A DNA stretch of 64,000 nucleotides from Candidatus Latescibacterota bacterium (GCA_965261395.1 OZ253462.1:4064001-4128000), one strand, 5' to 3'; counted from the stretch's first letter, positions 9,454 through 20,079 are shown. The notes: generated from the sequence alone by a model not told the origin. Numbers and translations are program-made.

Positions 9454-10781
9454 AATCTCTCGACCGTCAGATACTCCGACTCGCCGTTCCCAGTATTCTC
9501 ACTGCCCTATCTACGCCGCTGATCGGCATCGCCGACACTGCGATGATCGGCCATTTGCCGGAAGTGGCCTTTATGGGCGCGGTCTCTACGGCGAGTTTGA
9601 TCTTCAATGGCATATTTTGGTGCTTGGCCTTTCTGCGCATGGGGACCACGGCGCTGGTGGCCCAGTACTGCGGAGCCGGGGATCGACGCCAGAGCGCGGG
9701 GGTGCTCTACCGCTCGTTGATCGTGGCTGTCTTATTCGGCATGGGGATCGCGGCGGCCGGCGGTTGGATCGGCCGGATTGGGTTCGAGTTGGCCGGCGGA
9801 TCTCCCCAAGTCCAGCACTGGGGCATACGCTACTTCGCCATTCGGGTGTGGGAAGCGCCCTTGGCGCTGAGCGTTATGACGCTCAACGGCTTTTTCTTGG
9901 GGACCGCCAATGTCATAGCGCCTCTCTGGGTTACGACCGTCGCCAATCTGGTCAACATCGGCGCGGACTACGTGCTTATCTACGGCAAGTTGGGCGCTCC
10001 TAAGCTAGGCGTCGAAGGGGCGGCTTGGGCTTCCGTACTGGGCAATGCGGCGGCGCTAGCCACCGGGGTTTTTTTGTTGCTACGCGGCTACCGCTCCTAT
10101 CTGCGGGAGTGGCCTACAAGACTGTGGGACCTGCGCGCGATGAAGCGCTTGTTGCAGACCAATGCCTTCCTTTTCGGCCGCACTCTCTGTCTGCAATTTG
10201 CCGGTTTTTTTACGCTCGGCATGGTCTCGCGGATGGGCGAAGCACCGCTGGCGGCCAACGCCGTGATCTTGCAGGTCTGGGGGCTAACTAGCTTCGCCGT
10301 TGACGGCTTTGCCCACGCCGCCGAGACACTGGTCGGCCGCTGCTTAGGGGGACACTTTTTTGCCGAGGCTCGGCAGCTCGCGCGGCGGATCATCGGCTGG
10401 GGTTTGGGTTTGGGAGCGGGGTTTGGTTTGGCTTACTTTGCGGCCTTGGAGCCTATTGCCGCGCTGTTTACCCCGCATCGGGAAGTTGTAGAACAGGTCG
10501 GCTCGCTCTATGTACTCATCGCGCTGCTCCAACCGCTGAACGCCGTGGTCTTCGTCTTTGACGGAATTTTCATCGGCGCTAGCGACATGGGATATTTGTT
10601 CAAGGCTATGGCGCTGGCCACCTTTGGGGTGTTTGTGCCTGCGGCGTTGGTTTTTATATACTGGTTAGATTGGGAGTTAGCCGGTGCCTGGATGGCCTAT
10701 AGCGGCCTGATGGTCGGTCGCTTTGTTACGCTGTGGCCGCGCTATCGCGGCGATGCTTGGTTGCGGAGCTTTGTCGAATAG
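9450..10781 (+). CDS. MATE family efflux transporter (DinF-like)
   Basis: LAVPSIL, ADTAMIGHL, FLRMGTT, DGIFIGA; about 12 hydrophobic segments. Confidence 0.9.
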   Translation: MKSLDRQILRLAVPSILTALSTPLIGIADTAMIGHLPEVAFMGAVSTASLIFNGIFWCLAFLRMGTTALVAQYCGAGDRRQSAGVLYRSLIVAVLFGMGIAAAGGWIGRIGFELAGGSPQVQHWGIRYFAIRVWEAPLALSVMTLNGFFLGTANVIAPLWVTTVANLVNIGADYVLIYGKLGAPKLGVEGAAWASVLGNAAALATGVFLLLRGYRSYLREWPTRLWDLRAMKRLLQTNAFLFGRTLCLQFAGFFTLGMVSRMGEAPLAANAVILQVWGLTSFAVDGFAHAAETLVGRCLGGHFFAEARQLARRIIGWGLGLGAGFGLAYFAALEPIAALFTPHREVVEQVGSLYVLIALLQPLNAVVFVFDGIFIGASDMGYLFKAMALATFGVFVPAALVFIYWLDWELAGAWMAYSGLMVGRFVTLWPRYRGDAWLRSFVE

Positions 10782-10790
10782 GAGAAGACT

Positions 10791-11162
10791 ATGCCCTTTA
10801 TCAATCCCGCAGAACTTGCGGCCGTGGAACTTTTCCCCCAAATCAACAGCGGCTTGGTGGCTGGCGAGCGGCTAATGCTTTCGTTTTTGGACATGGAAGA
10901 AGGCTGTGAAGTGCCCGAGCACAGCCACCCGCACGAGCAAGCCGGCTTGGTGCTGGCCGGGCGCTTCCGCTTTCGCATTGGGGCAGAGGAGCGCGTCACC
11001 GGTCCGGGCGACGCCTTCTTGATTCCGCCGAATGTGGTCCACTGGGGGATCGTCGAAGAAGGGCCGGCCAAAATTCTCGACATCTTCAGTCCGCCGCGCG
11101 AGGATTACATGGAGCAATACAACAAATACGCCCAAACTTCGGCCAAAACCGTCTGGGCTTAG
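10791..11162 (+). CDS. Cupin domain protein
   Basis: PEHSHPHEQAG, IPPNVVH, DIFSPPREDY. Confidence 0.85.
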   Translation: MPFINPAELAAVELFPQINSGLVAGERLMLSFLDMEEGCEVPEHSHPHEQAGLVLAGRFRFRIGAEERVTGPGDAFLIPPNVVHWGIVEEGPAKILDIFSPPREDYMEQYNKYAQTSAKTVWA

Positions 11163-11178
11163 GGATTAGGAGTACGTC

Positions 11179-12108
11179 ATGAGAGCATTAAAAAAAGAAC
11201 ATTGCCACAATGTGTTGGTCGTAGCGATCGCGCCCCGCGACGCGGAGCAGAGCATCGACTTGGAGGGCATTGGCCGCAACGCGCGCTATCTGTGCGAGCG
11301 CGGCGTGGATTTCATCATGCCCGCCTGCGGTACGGGCTTGGCATACGATGTGACCTTGGCAGAGTACGAGGCCATCGTCGGGACGTTTATGGATGCTGCG
11401 GCCGAGGCGGCGTTGGTGGTACCGGGGATTGGGCCGGGGTATGGCCGCGCCTTGGAAATGGGGCAGATCGCGCGCTCGTTGGGCGTCGCCGGGGTGATGA
11501 TCATGCCGATCGTCGGCCCGGCATCGGCCAATGGGACGGCGGTCGGATTGCGCAGCATTGCCGAAAAGACCCAGTTACCGACCATATTGTATCAGCGCCG
11601 CCTGGATATTATGCCAGTGGAGCAGGTGGTTACACTCTGCCGGCTGGACGAGGTGGTAGGGCTTAAGTACTCGGTTGACGATTTGGAGACTTTCCGGCGC
11701 ATCGAGGCCGAGGCTGGAGACGAGGCGGCCATGGTCTGCGGCATGGCCGAAGATCCCTGCATCGACTATATGGCGGCTGGGGCCGTCGGGTTTAGCTCGG
11801 GGATGGCCAACTTCGCGCCCGGCATGAGCCGTGCGCTCCTAGAGCGCTTTGCGGCCGGAGATCGCGTTGGGGCCGAGGCCATTCGGCAGCAGATGGTGCC
11901 TTTTGAGGATCTGCGCGGCGAGTGTGCAGCGCGCTACAGCGCCTCGGCGCTACACGCGGCTATGGAGCGGGTCGGGCTGGCTGGTGGGCCGGTGGTGCCT
12001 TTTGCCGAGGATGTGGCCGCTGAGGACCTGCCGAGGTTGCATGCGCTCGTGGATAAGCTGGCCGAGTCGGAGCGACAAATGCAAATGCAAATGAAAGAGG
12101 TCGTATGA
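11179..12108 (+). CDS. Dihydrodipicolinate synthase family lyase (5-dehydro-4-deoxyglucarate dehydratase-like)
   Basis: ACGTG, ILYQR, VVGLKY, GFSSGMANFAP. Confidence 0.75.
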   Translation: MRALKKEHCHNVLVVAIAPRDAEQSIDLEGIGRNARYLCERGVDFIMPACGTGLAYDVTLAEYEAIVGTFMDAAAEAALVVPGIGPGYGRALEMGQIARSLGVAGVMIMPIVGPASANGTAVGLRSIAEKTQLPTILYQRRLDIMPVEQVVTLCRLDEVVGLKYSVDDLETFRRIEAEAGDEAAMVCGMAEDPCIDYMAAGAVGFSSGMANFAPGMSRALLERFAAGDRVGAEAIRQQMVPFEDLRGECAARYSASALHAAMERVGLAGGPVVPFAEDVAAEDLPRLHALVDKLAESERQMQMQMKEVV

Positions 12109-13211
12109 ATCAACATGCACTGCGCGTAGGGCTGGTGGGCACAGGCGGCGTCTGTGCGGGGGTACACTATCCAGGGCTGCGGCTGATTCCCGGGGTCGAG
12201 ATCGCTGGAATCTGCGAGCCAGACGAGACGCTGCGGCAACAGCGACAAGCGGAATGGGGCATTGAGGCCGCTTTTGAGCGGCTGGACGCGCTCTTAGACG
12301 CGGTGGCCCCGGATGCGGTCTGCATTGCCGTGCCCAACGTCTATCACTACGAACTGATCGTCCAAGCCTTAGACGCCGGCTGCCACGTGCTATGCGAGAA
12401 GCCCTTGGGCATGGACTTTGCCCAAACGCGGGAAATCTATGCCCGAGGCAAGGCGTCGGGGCGTCGCCACATGACAGCGTTTACCTATCGCTTTGTACCG
12501 GCGATTAACTACATCCGCCACTTGGTGCAGACGGGGGCCCTCGGGGCGATTCGCCACGCCCGTTTCCAGCGCCTGCAAGACTGGGGAGAGCGCGCTATTG
12601 GCTGGCGGCAATACAAAAGCCAAGCAGGTTCGGGCGAGTTGGGCGATATGGGTATTCACCGCCTTGATTTTGCCGAGGATCTGCTGGGGCCGATAGAGGC
12701 TGTGTGCAGCGCGGCCAAGCAGTTGGTGCCGCGAGATCAGACCCGCGAGGGCCAGCCGTGCCCACCGCAGGACGTGGAAGATTGGATCGCGTGGATCACC
12801 GAGTTTGCAAGCGGCACCACGGGCGTCTTCGAGATGGGCAAGTTGAGCAAGGGCTACGGTCCGAAGGGCGACCACGATTTGGCCGAACTGAACGGGGAGG
12901 AAGCCTCGGTCGTCTATCGCCTGCATGCGCCGCACGAGGTGCTCTTCGCGCCTCGTGGCGAGCCCTATCAGAGCCGGCCCGTGCCCGCCGAGTTCCTCAA
13001 GCGCCCTAATGCGCCGCGCGATCCGTCCGTCGGCGATCCCGTGCAAACTTTCCGCTACGACCAAGCTTGGGAATTCGTCAGCGCCATCCGCGAGGAGCGC
13101 GATTGCGTGCCCTCGTTTTATCACGGGATGCGGGCGCAGGCCGTTGCCGACTCCATCCTCCAGGCCGCGGCCGAGCGGCGGTGGGTCGATATTCCCGATT
13201 GTCCGGCTTAG
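12105..13211 (+). CDS. Gfo/Idh/MocA family oxidoreductase
   Basis: VGLVGTG, HVLCEKP, GELGDMGIH. Confidence 0.9.
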   Translation: MNQHALRVGLVGTGGVCAGVHYPGLRLIPGVEIAGICEPDETLRQQRQAEWGIEAAFERLDALLDAVAPDAVCIAVPNVYHYELIVQALDAGCHVLCEKPLGMDFAQTREIYARGKASGRRHMTAFTYRFVPAINYIRHLVQTGALGAIRHARFQRLQDWGERAIGWRQYKSQAGSGELGDMGIHRLDFAEDLLGPIEAVCSAAKQLVPRDQTREGQPCPPQDVEDWIAWITEFASGTTGVFEMGKLSKGYGPKGDHDLAELNGEEASVVYRLHAPHEVLFAPRGEPYQSRPVPAEFLKRPNAPRDPSVGDPVQTFRYDQAWEFVSAIREERDCVPSFYHGMRAQAVADSILQAAAERRWVDIPDCPA

Positions 13212-13225
13212 GAGGGACGGTGCTG

Positions 13226-14020
13226 ATGAGCGAAAATTCCAAAGCAGCGTATGTGAGGGATGGGTTTTACATCCACGACGCAGCCGTATGGCCTTTAGAG
13301 GCCGTCGAGCGGGCTGTAGAGGGCATGGATGCGGTGCGGCGGGGCGAGTACGATACCGGAGTGTCGCCCCGCCCCTCGGCTTGGCAGCCAGGCGACGACC
13401 CGCAGCGGTTGTGCAAAATTGAAAAGCCCCAGATCGCCAATCGGGCTATTATGGACCTGATCAAACATCCGGCTCTCGGGGCGTTGGCTGCTGAAGTCTG
13501 TGGGGCCGAGTGGGTCCAGGTTTGGTGGGTGCAGTTGTTGTACAAGCCTCCGGTCGCTGGCGCAGAATCTAGCGGAACCCACGTGGGATGGCATCAGGAT
13601 CGCAACTACTGGGGGGCTTGGGAAGAGGGCAGCGAGCTGTTTACGGCTTGGATCGCCTTGAGCGAGGTCGGCCCGACGACCGGGCCGATGCGCTTTGTGC
13701 GCGGCTCGCATCAGTGGGGATTGCTGCCGGGCAGCGACTTCTTCGGCCAAGAGCTAGCCGAGCAGAAGCGAGAACTGGCCGCGTTGACTAGCGACGAGTG
13801 GGTAGAAGTGGCGGCGACCCTGCCCCAAGGAGGCGTGAGCTTTCACCACTGCTTGACGCTACACGGTAGTGGCCCCAATTATTCTGCGGGCCCTCGGCGG
13901 AGCTTGGCCGTTCACATACGCACTGAGCGGTCCCGCCCAGTGGACGGTAAGCGGGAGGGGCTGACGGCCTTTATCGACGACCCGACGCATTGCCCGGTAG
14001 TGTTCAGGCTCAATTCCTAA
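13226..14020 (+). CDS. Phytanoyl-CoA dioxygenase (PhyH) family protein
   Basis: WHQD, GPMRFVRGSH, FHHCLTLHGSGPN..RR; AGGAGG SD. Confidence 0.85.
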   Translation: MSENSKAAYVRDGFYIHDAAVWPLEAVERAVEGMDAVRRGEYDTGVSPRPSAWQPGDDPQRLCKIEKPQIANRAIMDLIKHPALGALAAEVCGAEWVQVWWVQLLYKPPVAGAESSGTHVGWHQDRNYWGAWEEGSELFTAWIALSEVGPTTGPMRFVRGSHQWGLLPGSDFFGQELAEQKRELAALTSDEWVEVAATLPQGGVSFHHCLTLHGSGPNYSAGPRRSLAVHIRTERSRPVDGKREGLTAFIDDPTHCPVVFRLNS

Positions 14021-15531
14021 TTCCAATTTTTGCGGACGGCGACCAGTGTTAGCGCGAGGGCACAGAGCAGGAGCGGCCAGTCCCCGTAGCGAGTGTAGAT
14101 CGTCTGTCCACGGTGCAGGGGCACGTCTATTGCAAAGGTCTCAGTGGCAAAAAGCGGCGTGCGATAGGCAATGCGCCCACTCGGTTCGATTAAGCCGGAA
14201 ATGCCGGTGTTGGCGGCGCGGACTACGGCGCGCCCGCTTTCTACGGCCCGCAGGACGGCCTGTGCAAAGTGCTGGTGCGGGGCCGCGGTGGTGCCAAACC
14301 AAGCGTCGTTGGTGGTGTTGACCAGAAAGTCTGGGTCTTGGGCCATCAGCGCGCGGGTGATTTCCGGAAAGATGGACTCGTAGCAAATAAAGACCCCGAA
14401 TGAGGTGTCACTGCGCGGAAGCCGCAGTGCTTTGTGCCTTGCTCCGTGGGCGAAGATGCCGCTTTCTGCTGTAAGCCCCCCCAAATACTGAAAGATGCCT
14501 GGAAAGGGCAGAAACTCGCCAAAAGGCACCAAGTGCACCTTGTCGGCGTAATCCACTACTTCCCCTTGAGCATTGAGGAGGAAGGCCCGGTTATAGACCG
14601 GAGCAGTGCGGTTTTGCGAATCGCCCTTGAGGCTGCCCACCAACATGGGTGTATCTAGTTCCTGCGCTAAGGCTGTTATCGAATCGACATAGGTCGCGTA
14701 CAAAGGGTCGCCGAAATAGAGCGGCAGGGCCGTCTCTGGGTAGATGATCAGCGCTGGTTTTTTCGCGACCGCCAAGTCCCGGGTGAGTGCGGCGTAGTGC
14801 CGAGCCGTCCAGGCCAGCCGGTTTTCCTTCCACTTGCGGTCTTGGGGGATATTGCCTTGAACGACGCCGACCTTGAGGGTGGAGGGTGGCGAATCCGGCA
14901 TGTCGTGCAGCCGATAGAAGCCCCATAGATGAACGGCGACCAGCAAGAAAAGAGGCAGGCTCAGATAGGAGATGAAAGCACGGTGCGAGAGGGCTTGGGC
15001 CAACGCGGCGTTGAATAGGACGATCAGGAAACTCAGGCCATAGACGCCGGTTATGGCAGCCCACTGTAGGAGGGGTAGGTTGAGGTACTGCGAATAGCCC
15101 AGTAGCTGCCAGGGGAAGCCGCTCAACATCCAGTTTTGTACCCACTCTAAAAGGACCCAGACGCCGGCTGCCGACCAGGCAAAGAGCGGGGAGGAAAAGT
15201 TTAGGCGGCGGCACACCACGACAAAACAGGCCAGATACAAGGCCATGTATATAATGAGCAGTCCATTAGTCGCCACGGCGGTCGTCAAGGAGAGGGTGCC
15301 GTACAATTGTAGGGTTTCGGTGATCCAGTAGGTGCGTCCGGTGGCCCAAGCGAGGCCGGCGACCAGCCCGAGGGCGAAGTGGCTTTGGGCTGGCAGCCAG
15401 TGCCGAGCCAAAAAGAGCGGCAGTAGGCAAATCCAAGCGAGGTAATACTGATCGAATTTGGGGATGCTAACTACGAAGAGCAGGCCCGAGAGTAGGGCCG
15501 AGGCCAGCAGGGGAAAGAGCCGCTGCTGCAA
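14017..15531 (-). CDS. lnt: Apolipoprotein N-acyltransferase
   Basis: GFPW..LGY, QGNIPQ, PETA, KVHLVPFGE, ICYE, TNDAWFG, RAANTGIS. Confidence 0.95.
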   Translation of the reverse strand: MQQRLFPLLASALLSGLLFVVSIPKFDQYYLAWICLLPLFLARHWLPAQSHFALGLVAGLAWATGRTYWITETLQLYGTLSLTTAVATNGLLIIYMALYLACFVVVCRRLNFSSPLFAWSAAGVWVLLEWVQNWMLSGFPWQLLGYSQYLNLPLLQWAAITGVYGLSFLIVLFNAALAQALSHRAFISYLSLPLFLLVAVHLWGFYRLHDMPDSPPSTLKVGVVQGNIPQDRKWKENRLAWTARHYAALTRDLAVAKKPALIIYPETALPLYFGDPLYATYVDSITALAQELDTPMLVGSLKGDSQNRTAPVYNRAFLLNAQGEVVDYADKVHLVPFGEFLPFPGIFQYLGGLTAESGIFAHGARHKALRLPRSDTSFGVFICYESIFPEITRALMAQDPDFLVNTTNDAWFGTTAAPHQHFAQAVLRAVESGRAVVRAANTGISGLIEPSGRIAYRTPLFATETFAIDVPLHRGQTIYTRYGDWPLLLCALALTLVAVRKNWN

Positions 15532-15532
15532 T

Positions 15533-15859
15533 TCAGACGCCTCGGTGCCAATCCTCGAGCCCTTGGCGCAATTTTTTTAAGCCACTCTGCTCAAGCGCAG
15601 TCATTGCGTTGCGAGAAAGGCCCAAACGCGCCGCGACTTGGCCGGGCGATTTCTTGTACTGATAGCGGAGTTGAATAACGCGCATCTCGTCGTCGGAGAG
15701 GGCTTGGAGAGCGCGGTGGACGAGCTGGCGCAACTCTTGGGCTTCGAGACGAGCTTGGGCATCTTCGGCGATGAGCAAGGATATGAAGCGCTCGTCGAGG
15801 CGGATGCGCTCGACCGGGGCGGTGGTGGGATTGTCGGGAACCTTATTGTAGATAGGCAT
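15533..15859 (-). CDS. Stand-alone sigma-70 region 4 HTH protein
   Basis: ALQALSDDEMRVIQLRY..VAARLGLSR..EQSGLKKLR. Confidence 0.7.
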   Translation of the reverse strand: MPIYNKVPDNPTTAPVERIRLDERFISLLIAEDAQARLEAQELRQLVHRALQALSDDEMRVIQLRYQYKKSPGQVAARLGLSRNAMTALEQSGLKKLRQGLEDWHRGV

Positions 15860-15860
15860 A

Positions 15861-15894
15861 AAATAAAATCAGGGAGCCGCGAACGACTCCCTGA
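15861..15894 (-). terminator. Rho-independent terminator after tRNA-fMet
   Basis: tcagggag/ctccctga stem followed by T-rich tract on minus strand. Confidence 0.7.
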
Positions 15895-15899
15895 AAAGG

Positions 15900-15976
<77 letters not shown>

Positions 15977-16034
15977 ACAAGCTACAAGCTGTAGATAATT
16001 AATCTAAAGGATGGGGCAGGCAGACGCAACCCTC

Positions 16035-17363
16035 TCAATTGCCGGCGGAGGTCAAGCGCCGGAGTTTAACTTGGGCGATGCGCTGGCCCTCGACTTTGAG
16101 GATGTCGAGCTCTAGATGATCAACCTTGAAGACTAGACCCTCCGCGGGGATGCTCCCCAAGTGGTCGTAGATAAATCCCCCGAGGGTTTCAAAGCCCGAC
16201 CTCGGCAGATCGATGGAAAGCAAGTCGTTGAGATCGTCTATGTCGATACGGGCATTGGCGATGAGCACCTCGCCGGGGACCTGCCAGTGGTGCAATTCCT
16301 CTTCCTCGTCGTACTCGTCTTGGATCTCCCCGACGATTTCCTCGACGAGGTCCTCGGTGGTGACCAACCCAGCCGTGCCGCCGTATTCGTCGAGGACGAT
16401 GGCGAGGCGAATTTTGTTGGCTCTCAAGTCGTTGAGCAGGACGTCGATTTTCTTGGTCTCGGGAATGTAATAAGGCTCGTGGGTAAAACGCAGATCGCCC
16501 TCTTGCTGACTGGTCAGTAGTTGGTCTATGGGCGTCGCCAAATTAACTTCGGGCCGGGCCACCAAGATCTGCAGCAAATCCTTGGCGTACACTAGCCCTT
16601 GGATGTGGTCCAGGCTTTCCCGGTAGATGGGTAGGCGCGAGTGTCCCTTGTCCTTAATGAGATCGAGTAAATCTTGCAGGGAGGCTGATTGGTCGATGGC
16701 GACCATGTCGACGCGAGGTACCATGACTTCGCGGACGACGCGGTCGTGGAAGCCAAAGACGCTCTCAATCATCTCGCGCTCGCCTTCCTCTAGTACGCCA
16801 GATTCGCCTTCTGACTCGACGATGCTGCGCAGTTCCTCCTCCTTTTCAGCGCGAAAATCCTCGTCGCTATAATCAAAGCTGCCGAGGAGTTCGAGGAGAT
16901 TGGTCAAGGGGAGGAGCAGCGCGTGTACAGGCGTATAGGCCAAGGCGACGACGGGTATGCACGCTTCATCGCCCTCTTCGTCAAAGCGGATGCGACGAGG
17001 CGTCGCGACGATCATGAAAAGCCCTAGCGCACCCAATAAGGCCACTGCCGCCGTGAAATAGTACGTGCGGAGATACGGCAATAGGAGGGCTTCTGCGAGA
17101 AAGAACAGGGCGAGGGCGAGGACGGTGACGCCGATGGCCTCGCCGAGGCGGGTCATCAGGCGCAGGCGCAAGCGCGGCTCGTAGATGCGGAGCATGGCGC
17201 GCCCATGTGATACGCCGCTTTCGGCCATCTTCTCCAGCACGGATTTGGAGAGAATGGTGAAGGTAGTCTCATAGCTAGCTACTAAGAAGAGCCAGACGAG
17301 GCTGATCGAGCCGACCAGCACGGCGCATGCGACGGAGGATAAGTCGACTTGCGGGGGTTCCAA
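16035..17363 (-). CDS. Hemolysin/CorC family CBS-domain membrane protein
   Basis: VREVMVPR, GHSRLPIY, VLDEYGGTAGLVT.EDLVEEIVGEI.DEYD, TLGG. Confidence 0.9.
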   Translation of the reverse strand: MEPPQVDLSSVACAVLVGSISLVWLFLVASYETTFTILSKSVLEKMAESGVSHGRAMLRIYEPRLRLRLMTRLGEAIGVTVLALALFFLAEALLLPYLRTYYFTAAVALLGALGLFMIVATPRRIRFDEEGDEACIPVVALAYTPVHALLLPLTNLLELLGSFDYSDEDFRAEKEEELRSIVESEGESGVLEEGEREMIESVFGFHDRVVREVMVPRVDMVAIDQSASLQDLLDLIKDKGHSRLPIYRESLDHIQGLVYAKDLLQILVARPEVNLATPIDQLLTSQQEGDLRFTHEPYYIPETKKIDVLLNDLRANKIRLAIVLDEYGGTAGLVTTEDLVEEIVGEIQDEYDEEEELHHWQVPGEVLIANARIDIDDLNDLLSIDLPRSGFETLGGFIYDHLGSIPAEGLVFKVDHLELDILKVEGQRIAQVKLRRLTSAGN

Positions 17364-17401
17364 AAAGGCTCCTTTCGGGTAACGCGGCCGGCCAAGGCCG
17401 C

Positions 17402-17854
17402 TTAGGGAGAGAGGGAAGCTGTGGTAAGAAAGCGATCTGTTTCGCGTTCCATAGCGGCTAGTTGCTCGGGCGTGTCGTGTGTCCAGCCCGCTAGATGGAG
17501 TAGGCCGTGTACCAGCAGGCGAGCTAGTTCTTCTAAAGGAGGGAGGCTGAGCGCAGCAGCTTGCCGCTGCGCTTGGGGCAGAGAAATGTACACTTCGCCG
17601 CTGCTGTCCTGACTAGGTATGGTACCCAAATCGAAAGATAAGACATCCGTAGTGCCCTCCTTGCTGCGGTAGGTGGTATTGAGATCGCTCATATAGTCGT
17701 CGTCGACGAGGACTAGCTGGACTGCGTCCGGTAGTGCGTGGGCGTAGGCGACCTGCGCGGCGACCTGGTGCAGGGCTGCGAGTACGTCTGCATGCAGGGG
17801 GGCGAGGCCCTCGTCTTGGACTATGTGGAGGGGCCTATCTAGACGGTCTGCCAT
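17402..17854 (-). CDS. ybeY: rRNA maturation endoribonuclease YbeY
   Basis: TDVLSF, HGLLHLAGWTH; start uncertain (17854 or 17875). Confidence 0.9.
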   Translation of the reverse strand: MADRLDRPLHIVQDEGLAPLHADVLAALHQVAAQVAYAHALPDAVQLVLVDDDYMSDLNTTYRSKEGTTDVLSFDLGTIPSQDSSGEVYISLPQAQRQAAALSLPPLEELARLLVHGLLHLAGWTHDTPEQLAAMERETDRFLTTASLSP

Positions 17855-20079
17855 TTGCGATTGGCCTTCTGCCAAGGGTATTCCATCCGGCTGTGTAGGA
17901 CGCCCATCAGCACGCGAATGAAGCTATCCTCTATTTTGAGCAAATCCCGCAGGGTCAGAGCGCACTCGTCGAGTTCGCCAGCGGTGAATTTCTGCTGGAT
18001 AATTTTGTGTACTAACTGGCGCATCCGGCTGGGCGTGCGCTCGGCGAGGGTGCGGGCTGCCGCTTCGACCGAGTCGGCCAACATCAGGATACCGGCCTCT
18101 TTGGTCTGGGGCTTGGGGCCGTTGTACCTGAAATCTTCCTCACGCACGCTCCGGTCGCCCAATTCCACGGCGCGCTCGTAAAAGTACTCGATGACGGTGG
18201 TACCGTGGTGCTGAGAGATTAGGTCGCAGATAGATTGGGGAAGGCCGTGTTCCTCGGCCAATTCGAGCCCCTCGCGGATGTGCGAGGCGATGATGAGCAT
18301 GCTCAGGTAGGGCATCAGATTATCGTGGGGGTTGCGACCGCCTTGCAACCCCTGATTTTCGCTGAAGTACTCAGGCTTGCTCACCTTGCCGATATCGTGG
18401 TAATAGCAGCCGACGCGAGCCAAAAGCGGGTTGGCGGAGATGGCTTCGGCGGCGCTCTCGGAGAGGTTGGCCATAATCAGGCTGTGAGTATAGGTCCCCG
18501 GTGCCCGGATGGCCAATTGGCGGAGCAAGGTCCGGTTGGGATCCGACAGCTCCAGCAGGGTGATATCCGTGGTGATGTGAAAGAGGCTTTCAAAGATCGG
18601 CAGCAGGCCGATGGTGAGGATGGGGGCGGCCACGCCGATGACGATACCGGGCAGGATGTGAGCGTATATCTGTTCGACCGGGAAGAAGCGCAACAGGTCC
18701 GCCGCCGAGATGAGCAGCGCATAAGAGATCGGTAGGAAGATCATGGGGCGGTAGAACTGATTGCGGTGGCGCACGTGCCGCACCGCATAGACGGCTATGG
18801 CCGCCGTTAGGGCACAGGTTATGGCTACGTAGAAGTCGGCAAAGAGGTTGCCGGCAAAGAGTGCTAACACAAACGAAAGCACCAAGCCAATTTGTGGCGT
18901 TAGCAGGATCGTCGCTAGCATGGCGGCGAGGGGGATCGGTATCCAATAGGGGGAGAGGTCGTGCGTTTTGATATAGGAGGCCGCGGTGGCTATGGCAACG
19001 GTCAAGATGGCTAAGAGGACGAGATGGCCAGGCTGGTCAAAAACAGCGCGTTCGTGCGTGGCGAGGAAGTAGCTGAAGACGAAGATCAGGAGTCCGGAGA
19101 TCGTCGCGGCCGCAGCTATTTGGATCAGGAGTTTGATCGGATGTTGAGATTGCTCTTGGGCGATGAGATCGGCCAGTGCGTCGAGTGCGTCGACATGCTC
19201 TTCGGTAACGGTGGCGTGCTTGTCGACGATGAGGTCGTCTTGGGCATAGATCCGCTTGATACTGGCCACGCCGCGCCGCGCCGCGTTCCTGAGGCGGGCG
19301 GTTTCCGGCTCGTCAATGGTCAGATTGGGGGCCACAAAGAGGCTTAGGAGCTCGTGTACGGCTTGGATGGCGTCGCGGTCGGCGATGGTGTGATACGTTT
19401 GGATGCGCGAGATCAATTCACCTTGTTTGAGCTTTTCTTCGCTATAGAGGGTTTCTATGTGCTGTTCCCGGTCTCCGAGGCGGACTTGGGCCGAGGGACT
19501 TAGGAGAATCGGCTGTTTGGAGGCAATAATGCCCGCGGTATAGTAATTGGCCAGAATCTGCCGACAGATGGCTTGGAAGTCGTGTACATAAGGTTCGCTG
19601 GCCGTGGAGAGGACGTTGATGAGGGTCGAAAGGGCATCGAGCGAGAGCGAACCGATGACTTGAGGGAGTTCGCGTTGGAGTTCGCGTTGCTTGAGCGAGT
19701 CGGCCATCTGGACCCGGATCCTTGGGATCATCACTGCAAAGACTGAGTCTAGCCGAGCTAGCTGCCGCTCTTGAATTAGGGGATCGCGGTGCAAGATGGT
19801 GGGGATCTCGGCGGTCTCTGCTTGGCGTTCGCGCTCCAATTCGGCATCGCTTTTGGGCACGCGAAAGAGAAAAGGGGCCTCAATGCGCTCTTGGGCGATG
19901 CTGCCGACGCGTAGCTGAGCGACATTGTAAGGACGCTGGTAGGGCGATAGGTAGGTGAGCAGGCCGATGACTAGGCCCGCCAAAGCAATATGAAACACCC
20001 TTAAGCTATGCGGGTGCCAAGGTTTGGGCTGATTACTGCGGCGTGTGGAGCCAAACCACTTGAATTTAAGCGCGTTCAT
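17839..20079 (-). CDS. 7TM-HD family phosphohydrolase (PgpH/YqfF-like)
   Basis: Extracytoplasmic domain, about 7 TM, APGTYTHS, YYHDIGK, QHHGT, MLADSVEAA; usual phoH-ybeY context. Confidence 0.9.
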   Translation of the reverse strand: MNALKFKWFGSTRRSNQPKPWHPHSLRVFHIALAGLVIGLLTYLSPYQRPYNVAQLRVGSIAQERIEAPFLFRVPKSDAELERERQAETAEIPTILHRDPLIQERQLARLDSVFAVMIPRIRVQMADSLKQRELQRELPQVIGSLSLDALSTLINVLSTASEPYVHDFQAICRQILANYYTAGIIASKQPILLSPSAQVRLGDREQHIETLYSEEKLKQGELISRIQTYHTIADRDAIQAVHELLSLFVAPNLTIDEPETARLRNAARRGVASIKRIYAQDDLIVDKHATVTEEHVDALDALADLIAQEQSQHPIKLLIQIAAAATISGLLIFVFSYFLATHERAVFDQPGHLVLLAILTVAIATAASYIKTHDLSPYWIPIPLAAMLATILLTPQIGLVLSFVLALFAGNLFADFYVAITCALTAAIAVYAVRHVRHRNQFYRPMIFLPISYALLISAADLLRFFPVEQIYAHILPGIVIGVAAPILTIGLLPIFESLFHITTDITLLELSDPNRTLLRQLAIRAPGTYTHSLIMANLSESAAEAISANPLLARVGCYYHDIGKVSKPEYFSENQGLQGGRNPHDNLMPYLSMLIIASHIREGLELAEEHGLPQSICDLISQHHGTTVIEYFYERAVELGDRSVREEDFRYNGPKPQTKEAGILMLADSVEAAARTLAERTPSRMRQLVHKIIQQKFTAGELDECALTLRDLLKIEDSFIRVLMGVLHSRMEYPWQKANRKWQTV

